A DNA stretch of 64,000 nucleotides. Source: an uncultured Candidatus Saccharibacteria bacterium. Lineage in GTDB: Bacteria; Patescibacteriota; Minisyncoccia; Phycocordibacterales; UBA918. The notes under the pieces are model-generated. The model did no database searches. It had not been told where the DNA came from and saw only the letters and a list, made by a program, of their open reading frames with translations. The stretch is taken from positions 112,498 through 176,497 of the forward strand of contig CAZVFY010000001.1 in the NCBI GenBank assembly GCA_964626635.1, read 5' to 3'. Both the position numbers and the translations under genes were made by a program. Below are positions 1-13,200 of this stretch, one piece after another (position 1 is the stretch's first letter; each line of letters opens with the position of its first letter).

Positions 1-78
1 TCCAGTCACCGCTGCCAAGATCGAAACCTTGCCGGCAGTGCGGGCGTAGTGTGGAAGCTCTTTTTCGTTGTACTTCAT
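1..78 (-). CDS. 5' end of a gene running off the left edge (MKYNEKELPHYARTAGKVSILAAVTG...), probably secreted or membrane protein
   Basis: ATG at 78, frame open to the window edge, start of a hydrophobic stretch; GG-TACAAT -10-like element upstream. Confidence 0.5.
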   Translation of the reverse strand, partial: MKYNEKELPHYARTAGKVSILAAVTG

Positions 79-172
79 AAATGACTATATTGCTTATTGC
101 TACTACATTGTACCGATCGGGTGCACGTGTTGCGTGCGGTTATACACACGAAAATCGTACAGTTGTTGATAA

Positions 173-1387
173 CTATTCGTAACGAATTGCATCCAGTGGG
201 TTCAAAGTCGACGCGCGTCGCGCTGGGAAAATTCCTGTCAAATACCCCACTCCGGCTGAAAATATTGCGATAAACAATAAGAAATCAAGCGGAAAGGCAA
301 ATAACGACACCGCCTGCCCCCCGTACCGACTAGCCACAAAGTTCAAAAATATATTGACTGCCCCACCCAGTATCACCCCCATCAAAATTCCAGTAATCCC
401 TCCCAAAAATCCTACTACTACTGATTCCGATACAAATAGGTACTTCACATCGTTAGGTGAGGCGCCAATGGTGCGCATAATACCAATCTCTTTAGTCCGC
501 TCCAGTAGGGTCACGGTCATGGTGTTAAACATGCCGATGGCAGACACAATTAATGCAATACCACCGAACACCGCCAATACCACCTGAATCCCTTGAAAAA
601 TTTGTGAGGCTTGCTCAACCGTTTTGGACAGAGCCGTCACACGGTAACCCTCTTCAACCAAGCGTTCTTCGACAAGGGGCAAGTTTTCGTTATCAATTAC
701 ATTCACCTGGATACGCTCAAATTCCTCAATACCAACGTACTGGCGCAGTTCAGGTAACATCATCAGCGCGTTGAGCACCCCCTCTTCTTTTGTAATACCT
801 CGCACCACGAACTCTTTGTCGATGGGGATCTCAGTCACATTGTCCGACCCATCTCCCGCTGGCACTAACAGGCGGAATGAGATCCGTTCCCCAATAAATG
901 ACTTAGCGTCTTCGTCCGCCACGCCAAATAGCTTGAGTACAGCCGGTGAAATCATCACGCTATTGGTGTCAGAAATGTCTTCTTCGAGGAACGTCTCACC
1001 GATACTAGGGGTGATACCAGCGTATCGTAGATACGCTGGTTCAGCCCCCTGCAAGAACAAATTACCAGTCAGCCCTTTGTACGTGACGAGCGCCGCGAAT
1101 CGCGCTAGCGGCGCCGCATCAACCACCGCTTCGTCGTCTTCGAATCGTTGCACGGTCTCTTGCGTCAGCGCGAGACCCTGCGCCCCAGTTGACGACACGC
1201 CGAGTGACAAAAGCGAGTCACCAAACACAATTTGTTCGAGAATAATCTGCTGTAACCCGAACCCTAATCCCACCAGAATCACTACTGCCCCAGTCCCGAC
1301 CCCCATACCCAAAATTGTCAGCCAAGTTCGCAACGGGTTGGTTTTAAACATTCTGGTGGATAACTGTGCTAAATCTTGAACTCTCAT
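173..1387 (-). CDS. MacB/FtsX-family ABC transporter permease
   Basis: N-terminal RTWLTILGMGVG TM, extracellular domain, C-terminal ERTKEIGIMRTIGA and PARRASTLNPLDAIRYE motifs; probable start MRVQDL at 1387. Confidence 0.93.
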   Translation of the reverse strand: MRVQDLAQLSTRMFKTNPLRTWLTILGMGVGTGAVVILVGLGFGLQQIILEQIVFGDSLLSLGVSSTGAQGLALTQETVQRFEDDEAVVDAAPLARFAALVTYKGLTGNLFLQGAEPAYLRYAGITPSIGETFLEEDISDTNSVMISPAVLKLFGVADEDAKSFIGERISFRLLVPAGDGSDNVTEIPIDKEFVVRGITKEEGVLNALMMLPELRQYVGIEEFERIQVNVIDNENLPLVEERLVEEGYRVTALSKTVEQASQIFQGIQVVLAVFGGIALIVSAIGMFNTMTVTLLERTKEIGIMRTIGASPNDVKYLFVSESVVVGFLGGITGILMGVILGGAVNIFLNFVASRYGGQAVSLFAFPLDFLLFIAIFSAGVGYLTGIFPARRASTLNPLDAIRYE

Positions 1388-1397
1388 AAATAATATA

Positions 1398-2720
1398 TTA
1401 GCCCTTATAGCTGACATCTACACCTTGAGCAATGATCTTCTCGAAATGTCTGGTCATATCGTCAGCCTCGCGCTCGCTAAGCCCCAAACCACCCGTGCGA
1501 ATTCCGCGCATGAGGCGGTTATTAAGCTCGAGCTCGTCACTCACACCGGTAACACGATCAGCAATTAAATCAGTCATATTGCTTTCCTGCTGTTTTGATA
1601 GCTTGATCCGGTGACCGTTAGCTAAGTGGTCACGCATACGCTCGGCCAGTTTGTCTTGGCTAAAGAAAATGTTGTCATTGTCTTTACGGGCTCTAAATCG
1701 ACGCACATCGTCGGCATCCTTGATCATCTTAGTCGCAATGCTGGCCATGCGACGCGCTTCGCGCTCGTCGACCTCGACCCCACCACGCTCTAACGGTTTG
1801 ACCAAGCTTTTGATAAATGCCTCACGTTCAATTCGGCCGGTGATGAACAAACCAATCGCGTGTTCAAGACGGCCGAGTTGTGTAAAGGTGTAGTCTTGCG
1901 TTAAATAGTTGACCATACTCTTGATTCGCCAAGTTTCAACTGAGTCGTACGGAAATAAACGAGCGAGCTGTTCTAACTCGGTGACAATCGTCTCGCCTTC
2001 ACGAACAGGCTTGATTTGTTTACGTTGCGGATTGACAACCTCGCGCAACACTTTACCGTCTTTGAGGTAATAGACGCGGTGCGCGTAGCTGAGGTGCGCC
2101 GCATTGTGAGACACCATAATGATCGTGCGGCGGTCAAACGTATTGATCTCATCGATCTTATCCATCACCTGCTGAGTGGATACTGAGTCGAGGTTGCCGG
2201 TCGGCTCATCGGCCAAGAGAATTTTGGGGTCGTTCACCATACTGCGCGACACCGAGACACGCTGCTGTTGCCCACCCGAGAGCATGGCTGGGATCTTGTG
2301 CGAGACGTGCCCTACCCCAAACCGATCCAATAGTGCTTGCGCGCGGCGATCGCGCTTTTGTTTGTCCGCATCACAAAAGATCATTGGCAGTGCCACATTA
2401 TCGAGCACAGACAGCGACATGATCAAGTTAAACTGCTGGAAAATAATTCCCATCATGTAGCGCTGAAAGTACACGCGCTCGGCCGGGGGATAGGCGTACA
2501 CATCGTCCCCTTTGACCAACAACGTCCCCTCGCCAGGCGGCAGACTACCCTGGATGGAATACATGAGGGTTGATTTACCGCAGCCAGACGGACCAAAGAG
2601 AATGATGTACTCACCCTCAAAAATATCCGTATTGACGCCAGACAATGCCTTGAATTCGTTGCTTTTGCCTTGGTTATAGATGATCGACAGATCACGCGCG
2701 ACGATGAGAGGTTTAGCCAT
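1398..2720 (-). CDS. MacB/LolD-like ABC ATPase with ~200-aa C-terminal extension
   Basis: Walker [15 protein letters not shown] signature, Walker [15 protein letters not shown] switch; extra helical tail after ~residue 230. Confidence 0.93.
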   Translation of the reverse strand: MAKPLIVARDLSIIYNQGKSNEFKALSGVNTDIFEGEYIILFGPSGCGKSTLMYSIQGSLPPGEGTLLVKGDDVYAYPPAERVYFQRYMMGIIFQQFNLIMSLSVLDNVALPMIFCDADKQKRDRRAQALLDRFGVGHVSHKIPAMLSGGQQQRVSVSRSMVNDPKILLADEPTGNLDSVSTQQVMDKIDEINTFDRRTIIMVSHNAAHLSYAHRVYYLKDGKVLREVVNPQRKQIKPVREGETIVTELEQLARLFPYDSVETWRIKSMVNYLTQDYTFTQLGRLEHAIGLFITGRIEREAFIKSLVKPLERGGVEVDEREARRMASIATKMIKDADDVRRFRARKDNDNIFFSQDKLAERMRDHLANGHRIKLSKQQESNMTDLIADRVTGVSDELELNNRLMRGIRTGGLGLSEREADDMTRHFEKIIAQGVDVSYKG

Positions 2721-2723
2721 ACG

Positions 2724-4241
2724 TTAGCCGCCAATATTATTAACCCAGCCAAACGTCGACTCGAAGTTCTCAATGATAAGGTCAATAATGTTTTTTTCCT
2801 GAATTGGCGTAAACAATACGAACTTTTCAGATTCGACAATATTACCAGCTTCATCGGTACAATTAAGCCAAAACGTGTACACTGTCGCCGGAGCAAATTC
2901 AACGATCACTTCGACATGCGCGGTGTTAAATTCTAACACCTCTTTCTCTATTTCAATTTGCTCGCCCGCACCGCTGGCCCCCTCTTCATAAGTCATGACA
3001 CAGCTGGCAGGCTCATCAGTGATCCATTCAACAATTGTTTGGATGCGCGACTCGCTGCCAGGGAAGAGCGTTGATTCGTTGGTGACGTTTGAGATTACCG
3101 GTGGAGCGGTGTCGCGCACTGTAATAAACTGGATAGGTTGCGAGCGGACCCGGTCTCCCCCACTGTTTTCAGCTGTCACGAACGCGACGTAGCGCGTTCC
3201 CAGGGTCAGGTCGGCTAGGCGCATTTGGTGAGTGGTGGCAAGGGTCGGTCGGCCGACTGAGTTTTGCCCACCAGTGGTTTGGTCTTGGTACTCGACCAAC
3301 GCCTTGGTTGGGACATTAGTGTCCCACGCCAGGGTGGCGGCATTTTCTTCGACCTTAACGACACGGAGATTGCGGATTTCGGGGGCGGTAGCCTTGGTGG
3401 TGAACTCGAATACTCGTGATTCACCGGTAATATTAAATTCGTCTGTTGAGAGCACGCGGAACGAATAGTCAGTAAACGCCGATAGGCCGATCAACCGTAC
3501 CGAGTGTTCGGTCGTGTTGGGGCCAGTCGAACGTTGTGAGAACTCAAAATTGGTTCCATCAAAAGCACTGGATTCAGAAAATACTACCTCACTACTGGCC
3601 GCACGATCAGTCGTCCAGCTAATCACTGCAGCATTAGTTTCTGGTTCGACCGTTGGCGGTCCGACAATGGTCAGGTCTTCGGTGATACCTTCGACTGCCT
3701 TGGCAGTCTCGTTTATAATCTCTTGTAATTGCTGGACGTCTTGGATTTCTTTGATGTCTTCGATCAATTCTTGTACGTCTACCACCTCGTCCACTTGTCC
3801 TGGTCCGACATCGACACCTTCCCCGTCACCGGCCGCTTGACCAGCACCCTCTCCATCGCCTGTCTGCGGCGTGCCGCCAGTGGTGACACGGTAGTCCGCC
3901 GAGATCCCCTGGTTGCCGTCTTCGTCAGACGAGACGACCCGAAAATAATACGTGCGTCCAGGTTCGAGATTATCCAGCGTCACGGAATGTTCCGTGCGGT
4001 CAGCTGTCGGAATACGAGCGATCCCGAGATCGGGTTGCAGACTATAGTTAACTGCCGAATCGGCGTCTTCGTCCGTGGTCCAGGTCACCGTGACCGAGTC
4101 TTCAGAGACATCAACGATCTGTAAATCAGTGATTTCGGGAGCCTCGCGATCACTTGACTGCGCCGTCAGCGTTGATGGATACGACCAAAGCACGAGCGCG
4201 CACATGCACAAAAATGAACTAAGCGAGAACACCCCCTTCAT
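2724..4241 (-). CDS. Secreted protein with ~4 fibronectin type III (purple-acid-phosphatase N-terminal-like) domains and a C-terminal amphipathic helix
   Basis: Likely start MKGVFS at 4241 gives a signal peptide; repeated VTWTTD...HSVTL..L.PG..Y.FRV modules; ends IIDLIIENFESTFGWVNNIGG. Confidence 0.85.
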   Translation of the reverse strand: MKGVFSLSSFLCMCALVLWSYPSTLTAQSSDREAPEITDLQIVDVSEDSVTVTWTTDEDADSAVNYSLQPDLGIARIPTADRTEHSVTLDNLEPGRTYYFRVVSSDEDGNQGISADYRVTTGGTPQTGDGEGAGQAAGDGEGVDVGPGQVDEVVDVQELIEDIKEIQDVQQLQEIINETAKAVEGITEDLTIVGPPTVEPETNAAVISWTTDRAASSEVVFSESSAFDGTNFEFSQRSTGPNTTEHSVRLIGLSAFTDYSFRVLSTDEFNITGESRVFEFTTKATAPEIRNLRVVKVEENAATLAWDTNVPTKALVEYQDQTTGGQNSVGRPTLATTHQMRLADLTLGTRYVAFVTAENSGGDRVRSQPIQFITVRDTAPPVISNVTNESTLFPGSESRIQTIVEWITDEPASCVMTYEEGASGAGEQIEIEKEVLEFNTAHVEVIVEFAPATVYTFWLNCTDEAGNIVESEKFVLFTPIQEKNIIDLIIENFESTFGWVNNIGG

Positions 4242-4287
4242 ATGTATTATGCTAGCACGCGCCACCCTTCCGAACGGCGCTAGTCCA

Positions 4288-7200
4288 CTAATCCGGGACC
4301 GCGGTAAAGGTATTGACGCCCGTGTGTGGGTTCGAGGCAGTACCAAATGGTACTTCGATACCCCAGAAGATTTGATCGGTGGTCGGCGGGTCAGTTGCCA
4401 CTGGTTTAGGCAGATCAACCTCGACATTAGTCCCAAGCACCGATAGCGTCGCACACCCCAGACACGCAGCATAATTGAACGAGCTGGTCGCAAATCGTTG
4501 CTGCCCGGCCGGGATGACTGAGGCAATACCGTCACTCATGTCTGTTCCAGCGACCTGCACGTCAATGTTCTCGTTTCCAACATTGATCAGATCGACATTG
4601 GGGTTATTGGTGCCCGTATCCTGAGCCACGTCGACCGTACCGTAGGCGATAGCATTCTGTACGTCGAGCGCGCGTAGTGTCAGCAGTTCGACCCCCATTG
4701 AAGAGCGCAGATCTGCCGCGCCGCTCTGGTCACTGACTTCGATGAATGCAAACCACTCTTCCCCGGCATCAAAGTCAGTTGGGTCGGCATGGTACACCAT
4801 CGGTATTGTACACTGCAAACTACATGAATTACCCGTACACGCGGTAAAGCTACACGTACTGGTTGCAATGTAACAATCATTATCATTCGGCGTACAGTTA
4901 CTGTTGGCGGTGGTTTTGTAGAACGTAGTCGTAGCGCTCGCCAGATCAGCCACCCCGTTAAAGTCAGTGACCGTAGTCGACGCAGTGATCAGGGTAGTAG
5001 TACCAGCCGTCAACTGGATATCTAGTCCGTCATTGAGCGAGACTTCTGAGATCACCGGATCAAACGCGAGCGTTAGTTCAGGCAGGTTATTGTACGCGTC
5101 CAGTTCGTCCCCGCTGTCTGTCACGCGGAAACAATACGCGTCATTCGCAGCGCTGGTTGTCAGGGTGAGCGCGTATTCCAGTTCGGTGTAACGATTTTGT
5201 CCCAAATTGAGATTGTTAGAGCGATTGCCTGTATTCGACACAATTTCTCCGGCCGAGAAGTCACCCGCATCAGTGACCAAATGATCAGAGGTAGCGTCCC
5301 CATTAGATACCTCAGTAGAATTAGCCATACAAATAGCACTGGTGCCACAAGAAGCGACCGTTGGCACCGGTGCGTAATTAGTCGCTGGAACGGCTTCACA
5401 GGTGGCAGCAGTGAGTTTCGGTGCAAACTCGATCTCGAAATTCTGGTTCTCGATTGGCAATCCGGTGTTTTCGATCCCCACTCGGAGTCGCGCCACCGAC
5501 CCAAAGCTAAAGCCGCCAGTTGGAGTATTTTGATCGCCGGCCCAGGTAGCGCCACCGTCTAGTTGCTCGTCACCTAGATATACCGTTGGGAGCGCGCCGA
5601 TACGCGGGTACGCTACGTACGAATCCCACCCGCCGTGTTGGAACCAGTAGGTAAAGCCGATGCCGCCGCTACTGTACGTTGTATCTATTGCTGATAGATC
5701 TGCTATTAATGTGCCATTAATGTCATACATCGCTACCTGCATCGCCCCATCGACACGCCAATCAATTACAAACTCATACCAACCTGTAGTAAAGATGGCC
5801 GAAGATGATTCTAAGATTGTACCGCTCGCCTCAGTATCGACCACGTCACGGACGAGTGATATGCGATCAACACCTGGCTGCTGTACACAAAGACCATAAT
5901 TATTATTATCTTGCATTTGTGATTGTACCGCAAATAACGTACAGACTTCATCGTTTGCTCCAGCCGAAGTATCAATGTACTGCATGTAGCGAATCGTCTG
6001 CCCTGCGCTGACGGTCACACCGTCCCGCGCAATACCGTCAGTCGCCCGCTGCTGTTCATTACCGTCCGTATCCAATCCCAGCGCGCCTCCAAACGCGAAG
6101 CTGTTACCAATATTGAACAAACTAATATCACCATCGTACGGCGTTAAGCCACTGCTCTCAAAATCTTCGACCGTATCAAACACCTGATCCGCATCGCTAC
6201 TGCTGTTGGCAGCGAGATTACCGTAGTACAAGTAAAATTCAGTCACGTCATCATTAAGGGCTGGCGCCTGGAACCAGACCGTTGCGTCCACCCCACTTTG
6301 GAAGCGTTCAATCCAGTGTGGGGTGATACTGACTCCGTCTGCTAACGTCACGCGAACATCATCAAAGTCAGTCTGCATATCAGCATCGTAAATCACTGGC
6401 AACTTAACCGCAGTAGTCGCGACGGCAGTCGGATTATTGTTGACAACACGGATACGCTGCCGCTGCCCCCAATCATCGTCGTACCAGGTACCAGTAGGGG
6501 CACCCTCACCCCCATCGTCGTTACGCCAGCGGTAGTTAGATTGCTCGATCAAGAGACATTCACTATCATCCCAGCGCACAGAACTACAAAGATCAGTACC
6601 GTCAATATCAAATGCTTCACCCCACAGATCGCCGATCGCGCCGGTAAAATTCCATGAATTTGTGGTAGTTGCGCTGAGATTGACGTTTACTCCGCCACTG
6701 AATCCACCCGCGTTAAACGCGGTGTCAGTCACGACCAAGTTCGGGTTAGAGTTAATCGTGATCGGTGTCAGGGTGATCAATGACGCACCATCACTCGTCT
6801 GCGTGAACGATCCGTTACTGAGTGATGTCACTCCGACTCCTAACAGCAGCTGTAGTCCGTCGCTGTCGATGTTTGTGATGTCATAGAATTCGGCGTTGAG
6901 GGTACCGGCTTGGGCAATCAAGGCGTACTGCCCAGTCCCCTGATTTGTGATCGTGGTAGTCGCGCCAGTCACCCCGAGAATATTGAGTACGCCACCATCC
7001 AGTATCACACTACTACTGCTCGCGATGCGAACCGTCACCGGTCGGTCAGAGATGTTGGCGCCGTCAAAGTCAGTGGCCGCACTCCAATGCTCGGTCGTGG
7101 TCGCGATGGTGTAGGAACCATAGATATTGAGTGCGCCATCGCTTCCGGCATGATCTTGAGAATACAGAGATGATGAGAGTGGGACGCTTGTGGTTGCAGC

Positions 7201-10200
7201 ACTACTGTTCCAGAAGGAAATATTACTGTTTGCACCGATCTGCAATGTGCCATACGTTTCTGTCGCAGTTGTTTTGACGCCGACTTCGTATCTATTGGCG
7301 CCGTCGAGAACTAAAGTGGTATCGGTCCAGGTAGTGGCAGCGCCGCCGACCGTATTACTGAACACTCCGCCAACGTAAACGCTACTATCCGGCGCCACCG
7401 TAAAACCGCCTGCGGTTTGCAAACTGAAATTGTTGGTCGTGGTGGCAGACCCGACTAATGTCCACGCTCCCGAACCAGCAACTACGAGGTTATTGAAGTC
7501 ATTGTCATTTCCTGTGTCAATAAACAGGCCGCTCGTTGCACCATTGAGGAGAATCGTTCCGCCATTATTATTGAACGTACCGCCAGACACATCGAATGAC
7601 TGTCCCACTGCTAGCGTGCCTGAGCCAGAGGTAAATACACCATTAGTAAGGGTCAGGCTACCTAGCAGTGTCGCGTCCGAGTCGGTTAACGTATAATCAC
7701 CGCCCGCCGCGCTGATCTGCACAGTACCGGCATCATCACCGCCAAGGGTTAGCTCGTTCCCACCAGCAGTATCAGTCAACAAGAGCGTACCGCCATTGTG
7801 GGCAATCGTGCTGCTGGCAATAAAGTTACCCGCCACCTCGAGCGTACCACTTGGGAGAGTGACTAATCCGCTGCTGATAATAATGTCATCAGTGGTGGTG
7901 GAATTTGTATCAAGAAACGCCCAGCTCCCCGATCCTGTAAACTCCACGCGATTAGCTGCAGAACCTCCAAACTGTATGTGTTGATTGGCCTCAATACTAT
8001 CGAGCACAAGCGCTCCAGCATTTGCATTAAAGCTTCCACCAGTGTTGACAAATGATCCCGATACCGTTGTGGTAGCCGCTGGTAAAGTTAATGTCCCACG
8101 GTTAATTATCAGATCCTGATTGATGTCACCCTCGGAATCAATTATGGTCCAACTACCAAGCCCATCGAGTACGAGCGAATGGAAACCAGAGTCATTAGTA
8201 TCAATCGTCCGTCCAGTCGCGCTACTGGTGAACGTAGTGGTCGATGTTTCAGCATCGAAGGTTGCTGCACTGTCAGACAGCAAGCTGCCGCCGATACTGT
8301 ATGCGTGCGTTCCACCGTCGAACGTGGCGCCAGCAAATAGTTCGAGTGATCCGCTGTGGGTTGCGATGCTGCCGCCCGGCAGTATCACATCGCCACCCGG
8401 AGCAAAAATCTTGTCATTCCAAATAATTAGACCCGTATCAGCCGCCAGTGTCAGGGTGTCAACCGCACCCGTTGTTGCGGTAAACGGAATATCCGAGTCA
8501 TTGCTACTATCGTAGACACTCATGGCTTCAATAGTCATTGGATCACTGCTCTCGTGACGGACGATCACGTGTGATTCGTATAGGTCTAGATTGCCGATCA
8601 GTGAAATTGGGTCTTTGGTCACGGTTGCTGCCTCGGTTCCGGCATCATTGATATAGACGGTTAGCGTATCACTCGGCCCGAATCCAATCCCCGGGAACGT
8701 GTACTCACCAGTCGTAGCATTACACGTAGTAGACGCAAACGTCAGACCTTGGATGCTTAAGCGAATGTTCGGTGTACTACCATTACATACGTTTGACACG
8801 GTAGTGCGATCTGCTTCGTACACTCGCCCAGTCACATCAATAATTGCAGCTGAATCTTCCCACACGATCGAGCCTGGGTCCCCACCAGCATCTGGGTCGG
8901 CGTCGAACGCTTCTCCCACCAAGTTTCCGAAGGCATTCACGAATCGCCACGAACTGACCGGTGTCCCCGTTGCCTTAACATTGACTGCGGCCCCTCCAGA
9001 AGCATTTGAGAATCCATTACCGGTAAAGTTACGCGCCTGGTTCGCATTGATGACACTGGCGCCGACTGTGATTCCTGATGCGCCAATCGTCGGACTGACA
9101 AAATCCCCGTGTGACAGCTCAATGATAGTTGGAGTACCAGCCAGCACCAATCCGTCGCTCGTCACGTCGCGCACCACGTAATGGTGCAAGTCAACTGTCG
9201 TCGTACCACCCAGCGTGAGATCAAAGGTGCCAGTGCCACCCAGCACCCCAATAGTTGTGCTCGCGGTCGAAGTGCCCGCCGCTGTCAGCGCACCGCCGGT
9301 ATACAAGACTGATCCACCGTTTTCGACCAACACATTGGCAATACGCTCGGTCGCTAGCGATGCACCATCCCAGTCCCGGGCATAGCTCCAGTGATCGTTG
9401 AAACTATCACTCCGCAAATCACCATAAATATGCAAATCACCGATCACTTGATCATGATCCATTGAGTACAACGAGCTGCCGGGCTCGGTCGTAATGGCCG
9501 CGTAATCAGAATTCCAGAAGCGCGGCTGCGTCGAAGACGAGACGCGAACTGTCGCGTAGTCGTCTGCGTCCAGCTTGTCGTTCACTACATACGCGCCACC
9601 ACCGAACAAATGGAGGGTTGATCCGGTCCAGGTGGTTAGTGCATTATCAAGCTGATTCCTGAACTCACCGCCGACAGCTAGTTGCTCCGCACTGTTAACC
9701 GTCACACTACCGCTCAGTAGCCGAGTGTCGTTAGTGGACGTCGCTGATTCGCTAAAGACAAAGTCACCTGCCCCAGCAATATCCAGGTCATAAAAGGCTG
9801 AGTCACCAGCATTGATCGCCACGGTACCCGTCGCATTTAGTAATTCGACCAATCCACCGTTCGCGATAAACTGCCCGTCATTAGTCCAACCGCCAAAGAC
9901 GTTAATTGGAGTGACGGCACTGGCGACCAGCGTTCCATTGGTGCCGATTACCAGGTCTTGGTTGACACCAAGAGTTGGATTGTTGGTATCGAGTCGCAGT
10001 GTCGAAGAACCAGTCTGTCCAATCTGCAGATCACCGAGCACTTGCAAACCAGTCGCCGGCGCGGTCGCGAGTGTGGTGCTACCGACGCCAGCGTCGATCT
10101 GCAGGTCATAGTAGGCCGTTTGGGTTACGTTTGGTGTGACTCCGCTATAACGGATGGTAGCCGTGTCTTCAAGGAAGGTGCCTTGCTCATCAAATACAGT

Positions 10201-13200
10201 ACCACTGCCAGTTAGATTCCAGCTGGTCGACCCCGCATCCAAGAAGTGGCCGCTGGCAATACGCAACTGATTGTTAATCGTCGTGACGACGCTCCCAGTC
10301 GCGGGGGTGGTGACTCCCGCTACTGCGCCACTACCAAATGTTAGGTTATAGAATGACCATGGGGTTGCGCTGCCGAAAGTATTGTCACTCCCAAGCGTCA
10401 CCGTGCCGTCAATCATATCTACCACCCCGGCCCCACTAAGGTCGCCATTTTCAACCGTTAGATCACTGACCCCAGTCAGTGTGCCGCTATTGACGGCGAC
10501 ATCGGTGTCCACTATTAGTGGGGTTTGCAGTGCATACATGCCGCTGCCAGCAAAGATTACGTCATGTATCGCAATCGTCGAGCTGCCAACCGCGCTAATA
10601 GAAACGGGATTGCTGGCACCAAATGTGACCGTACTAGAAGCACCACTGTACACCCCACCCGCATCTACATAAAACGAGCCGCCAACCGCTAGCCCATCAG
10701 TCGTGGTCGATAGATACGTAGCACTTTGGCCAATCCGGAATGACCCATCAGCAATGGTGCTACCTGCACCAGACAGCGTGACCGGTCCACCCGGGGTGAA
10801 TGTCTTGCCGTCAAACACCGCCAATCCATTGCCTGCTAACACCGTCAAACTATCAGGACTGGTGCCGATTACAAATGGTACGTCACTGTCATCAGTGTTA
10901 TCGAACAGATTCATATCGCTAATGGTTAGCGGGTCGCTGTCTTCATGACGTACGACTACGTGATCCTGGTACAGGTTCATATTGCGGATGGCGTTGGCAA
11001 CCGAGATCCGTTCTGGACGCAACGCTATTTGGATGGTGTGGGTTTCGTCGCCGCCACCTATACTAGAAATCATAACGTCACCGGTCGACCCAACAACGGC
11101 TTGTTGGCGATTGAGTACTGTGAGGTTACGCTGCGTTGTGCCGACTTGCAAATTTCGCACACGAATTTGCCAAGGGAGCGATGGTACATCGACGCTCAAT
11201 TCTGGCAACACGAACCAGGCAGCAATAATTTCGGCACCACCTGAAACAGTGGTCACACTTGGAGCCGCCGGAGTCGAATCATCGACTCGCTTGACCCAAG
11301 CGGCCGGCGCATCAACGACGACGTCTGTATCGACATTGTCATATGAGCCGATCCAGTAGGAGTGTTCCTGGGTGTTAACACCATTACTAATGAAGTCATA
11401 TGCAGCCGGTTCACTGGCAGCATTCGTCACGATGCGGTACCACGCACCCGTAAAGATATCGTTCTGCGTCGTATCAGCCAGGGTCGAGATCGCTGTCCAA
11501 CCAGCTGGCGGAGTAATTTCCGGATCATCCTCTTTCCCGATGATTGCAATCAGCACATCACCGTCTTGGGTGGCCGGACGAGTCAACGCGAGCGTACCGC
11601 CGGCGACCACGTTTTCTGCTCCAGACGCTTCGCCAGTCAAGGTAATAGTTTCAAAGGTGTCACCAGTTGCGCCGATTGGCGTCTTGGTGATGGCGGCTGC
11701 AGTGGCCGTGCCGCTGGCAGTTGCACCGGTGGCCGCGCGCATAGCAAACGTGATCACGTGCGGGTCACGACCACCATTGACACCAACTGCTTCGAGCGGA
11801 TCGGTGGCTCCAGCGACCGCTAACCGTTGCGATACTACATTAAAGTTGTTATTATCAGCGTTAGGTACATACTCTGTGTGCGTCACGAAATCTGGACTAG
11901 TTGGATAATCGACAGCGGCATCGTTATCAACAAACCAAGACGACAATACTAAACCTCCCGCCGCAGTCGTCGTGACGCTCGGCACGGCCGGTGTTTGATC
12001 ATCAACTAATTGTGTTACCCCACTACTGACATCGAGTGGGTTGGTAGTATCGACGTTAACAAGTGCACCAATCCAATACTGATACCGCTCATTGTTATCA
12101 ACCGTAGTAAATGTGTAGTTGGCCGGCTCGGCACTAGCGTCGCTGACAACACGATACCAAACACCAGTATAAATATCGTCGTCTGCCCCAGTACCAGCCC
12201 CAGCGATTTGGGTCCAACCGGCCGGCGGCGTGATCGCCGGGTCGTCGTCTTTGCTGATGATAGCTACAAGCACTGAACCGTCAATTGCTTCCGGTCGCGT
12301 AACGGTAAAGTCGGGTTGCGATACGCCAATACCGGTTACCTCCGACATGATTTCTGCCTGCACAAAACTGTTGTTCGGCGCTGTACTCTCGAGATACGTG
12401 GCCAGTTTTGGCTCACCGGTGTAACTGATGCCCGTGACAGTATACGACCCATCTAGCGGGCTACATGGAGCCCGGTACGTAGTGATGCCATCGACTACCA
12501 CTGTGACAACCTCGGTGACACCGTTACATACTGGGGCACTCATCGGCGTAACGGTATCAGCCTGGAATATCGTACCAGAGACAGCAATATTAAATGAACT
12601 ATCAGACCACTGAATGGCACCTGGATCACCATCATCATTATCAAATGACTCACCGTAGCGGTTGCCAGTACCAGTTTTGAATATCCAGAAGGCTGCGGGG
12701 ATGTCGTCAAGTGTGACATTGTGTGGTGCACCGGTGACAGTCGAGAACGCAATGTGGTTCAATTCACGCGATGGATCGGCTTCGATGGTCGCAGCATCAA
12801 TGGTCAAGGCAGTGCCCGTTGCAATCGCAAACTCGATGTCGGTAAAAGTGCCGAGCGTCGCACCGTCACGCAACTGCACCCCAGCCACATCGGTATTGGT
12901 CACTTCGAGATAGCGAGCATCGATAGTGCTGCCGCTCAGGACGGTGCTGTAGTTACCCGCCAAGGCGTCGACGGTGGAGCTCGCCGTCGCCGAACCAAGC
13001 GCAGACAGAGCCGATGTACTGGCGATGCGCACGACACCGCCGTTCGCCACCCTTACTTGCGCGGCTCTCTCACTTCCACCAGTTAGATCAGTACCGTCGA
13101 AATCTGTCGCGTAGCTCCAGTGTTCTGTACCACTAGTACGGTCGTACTGGCCATAGATGCGCAGTAGGCCATCGGTGCCACCGTAGTCAGGCATGTAAAT

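Noticed and set aside
4242-4535. N-terminal 98-aa extension of the 603-aa ORF overlapping the end of the giant gene
   Set aside because: Non-protein-like sequence; the start at 4241 gives a signal peptide and has a -10 element, so this is not a real overlapping gene
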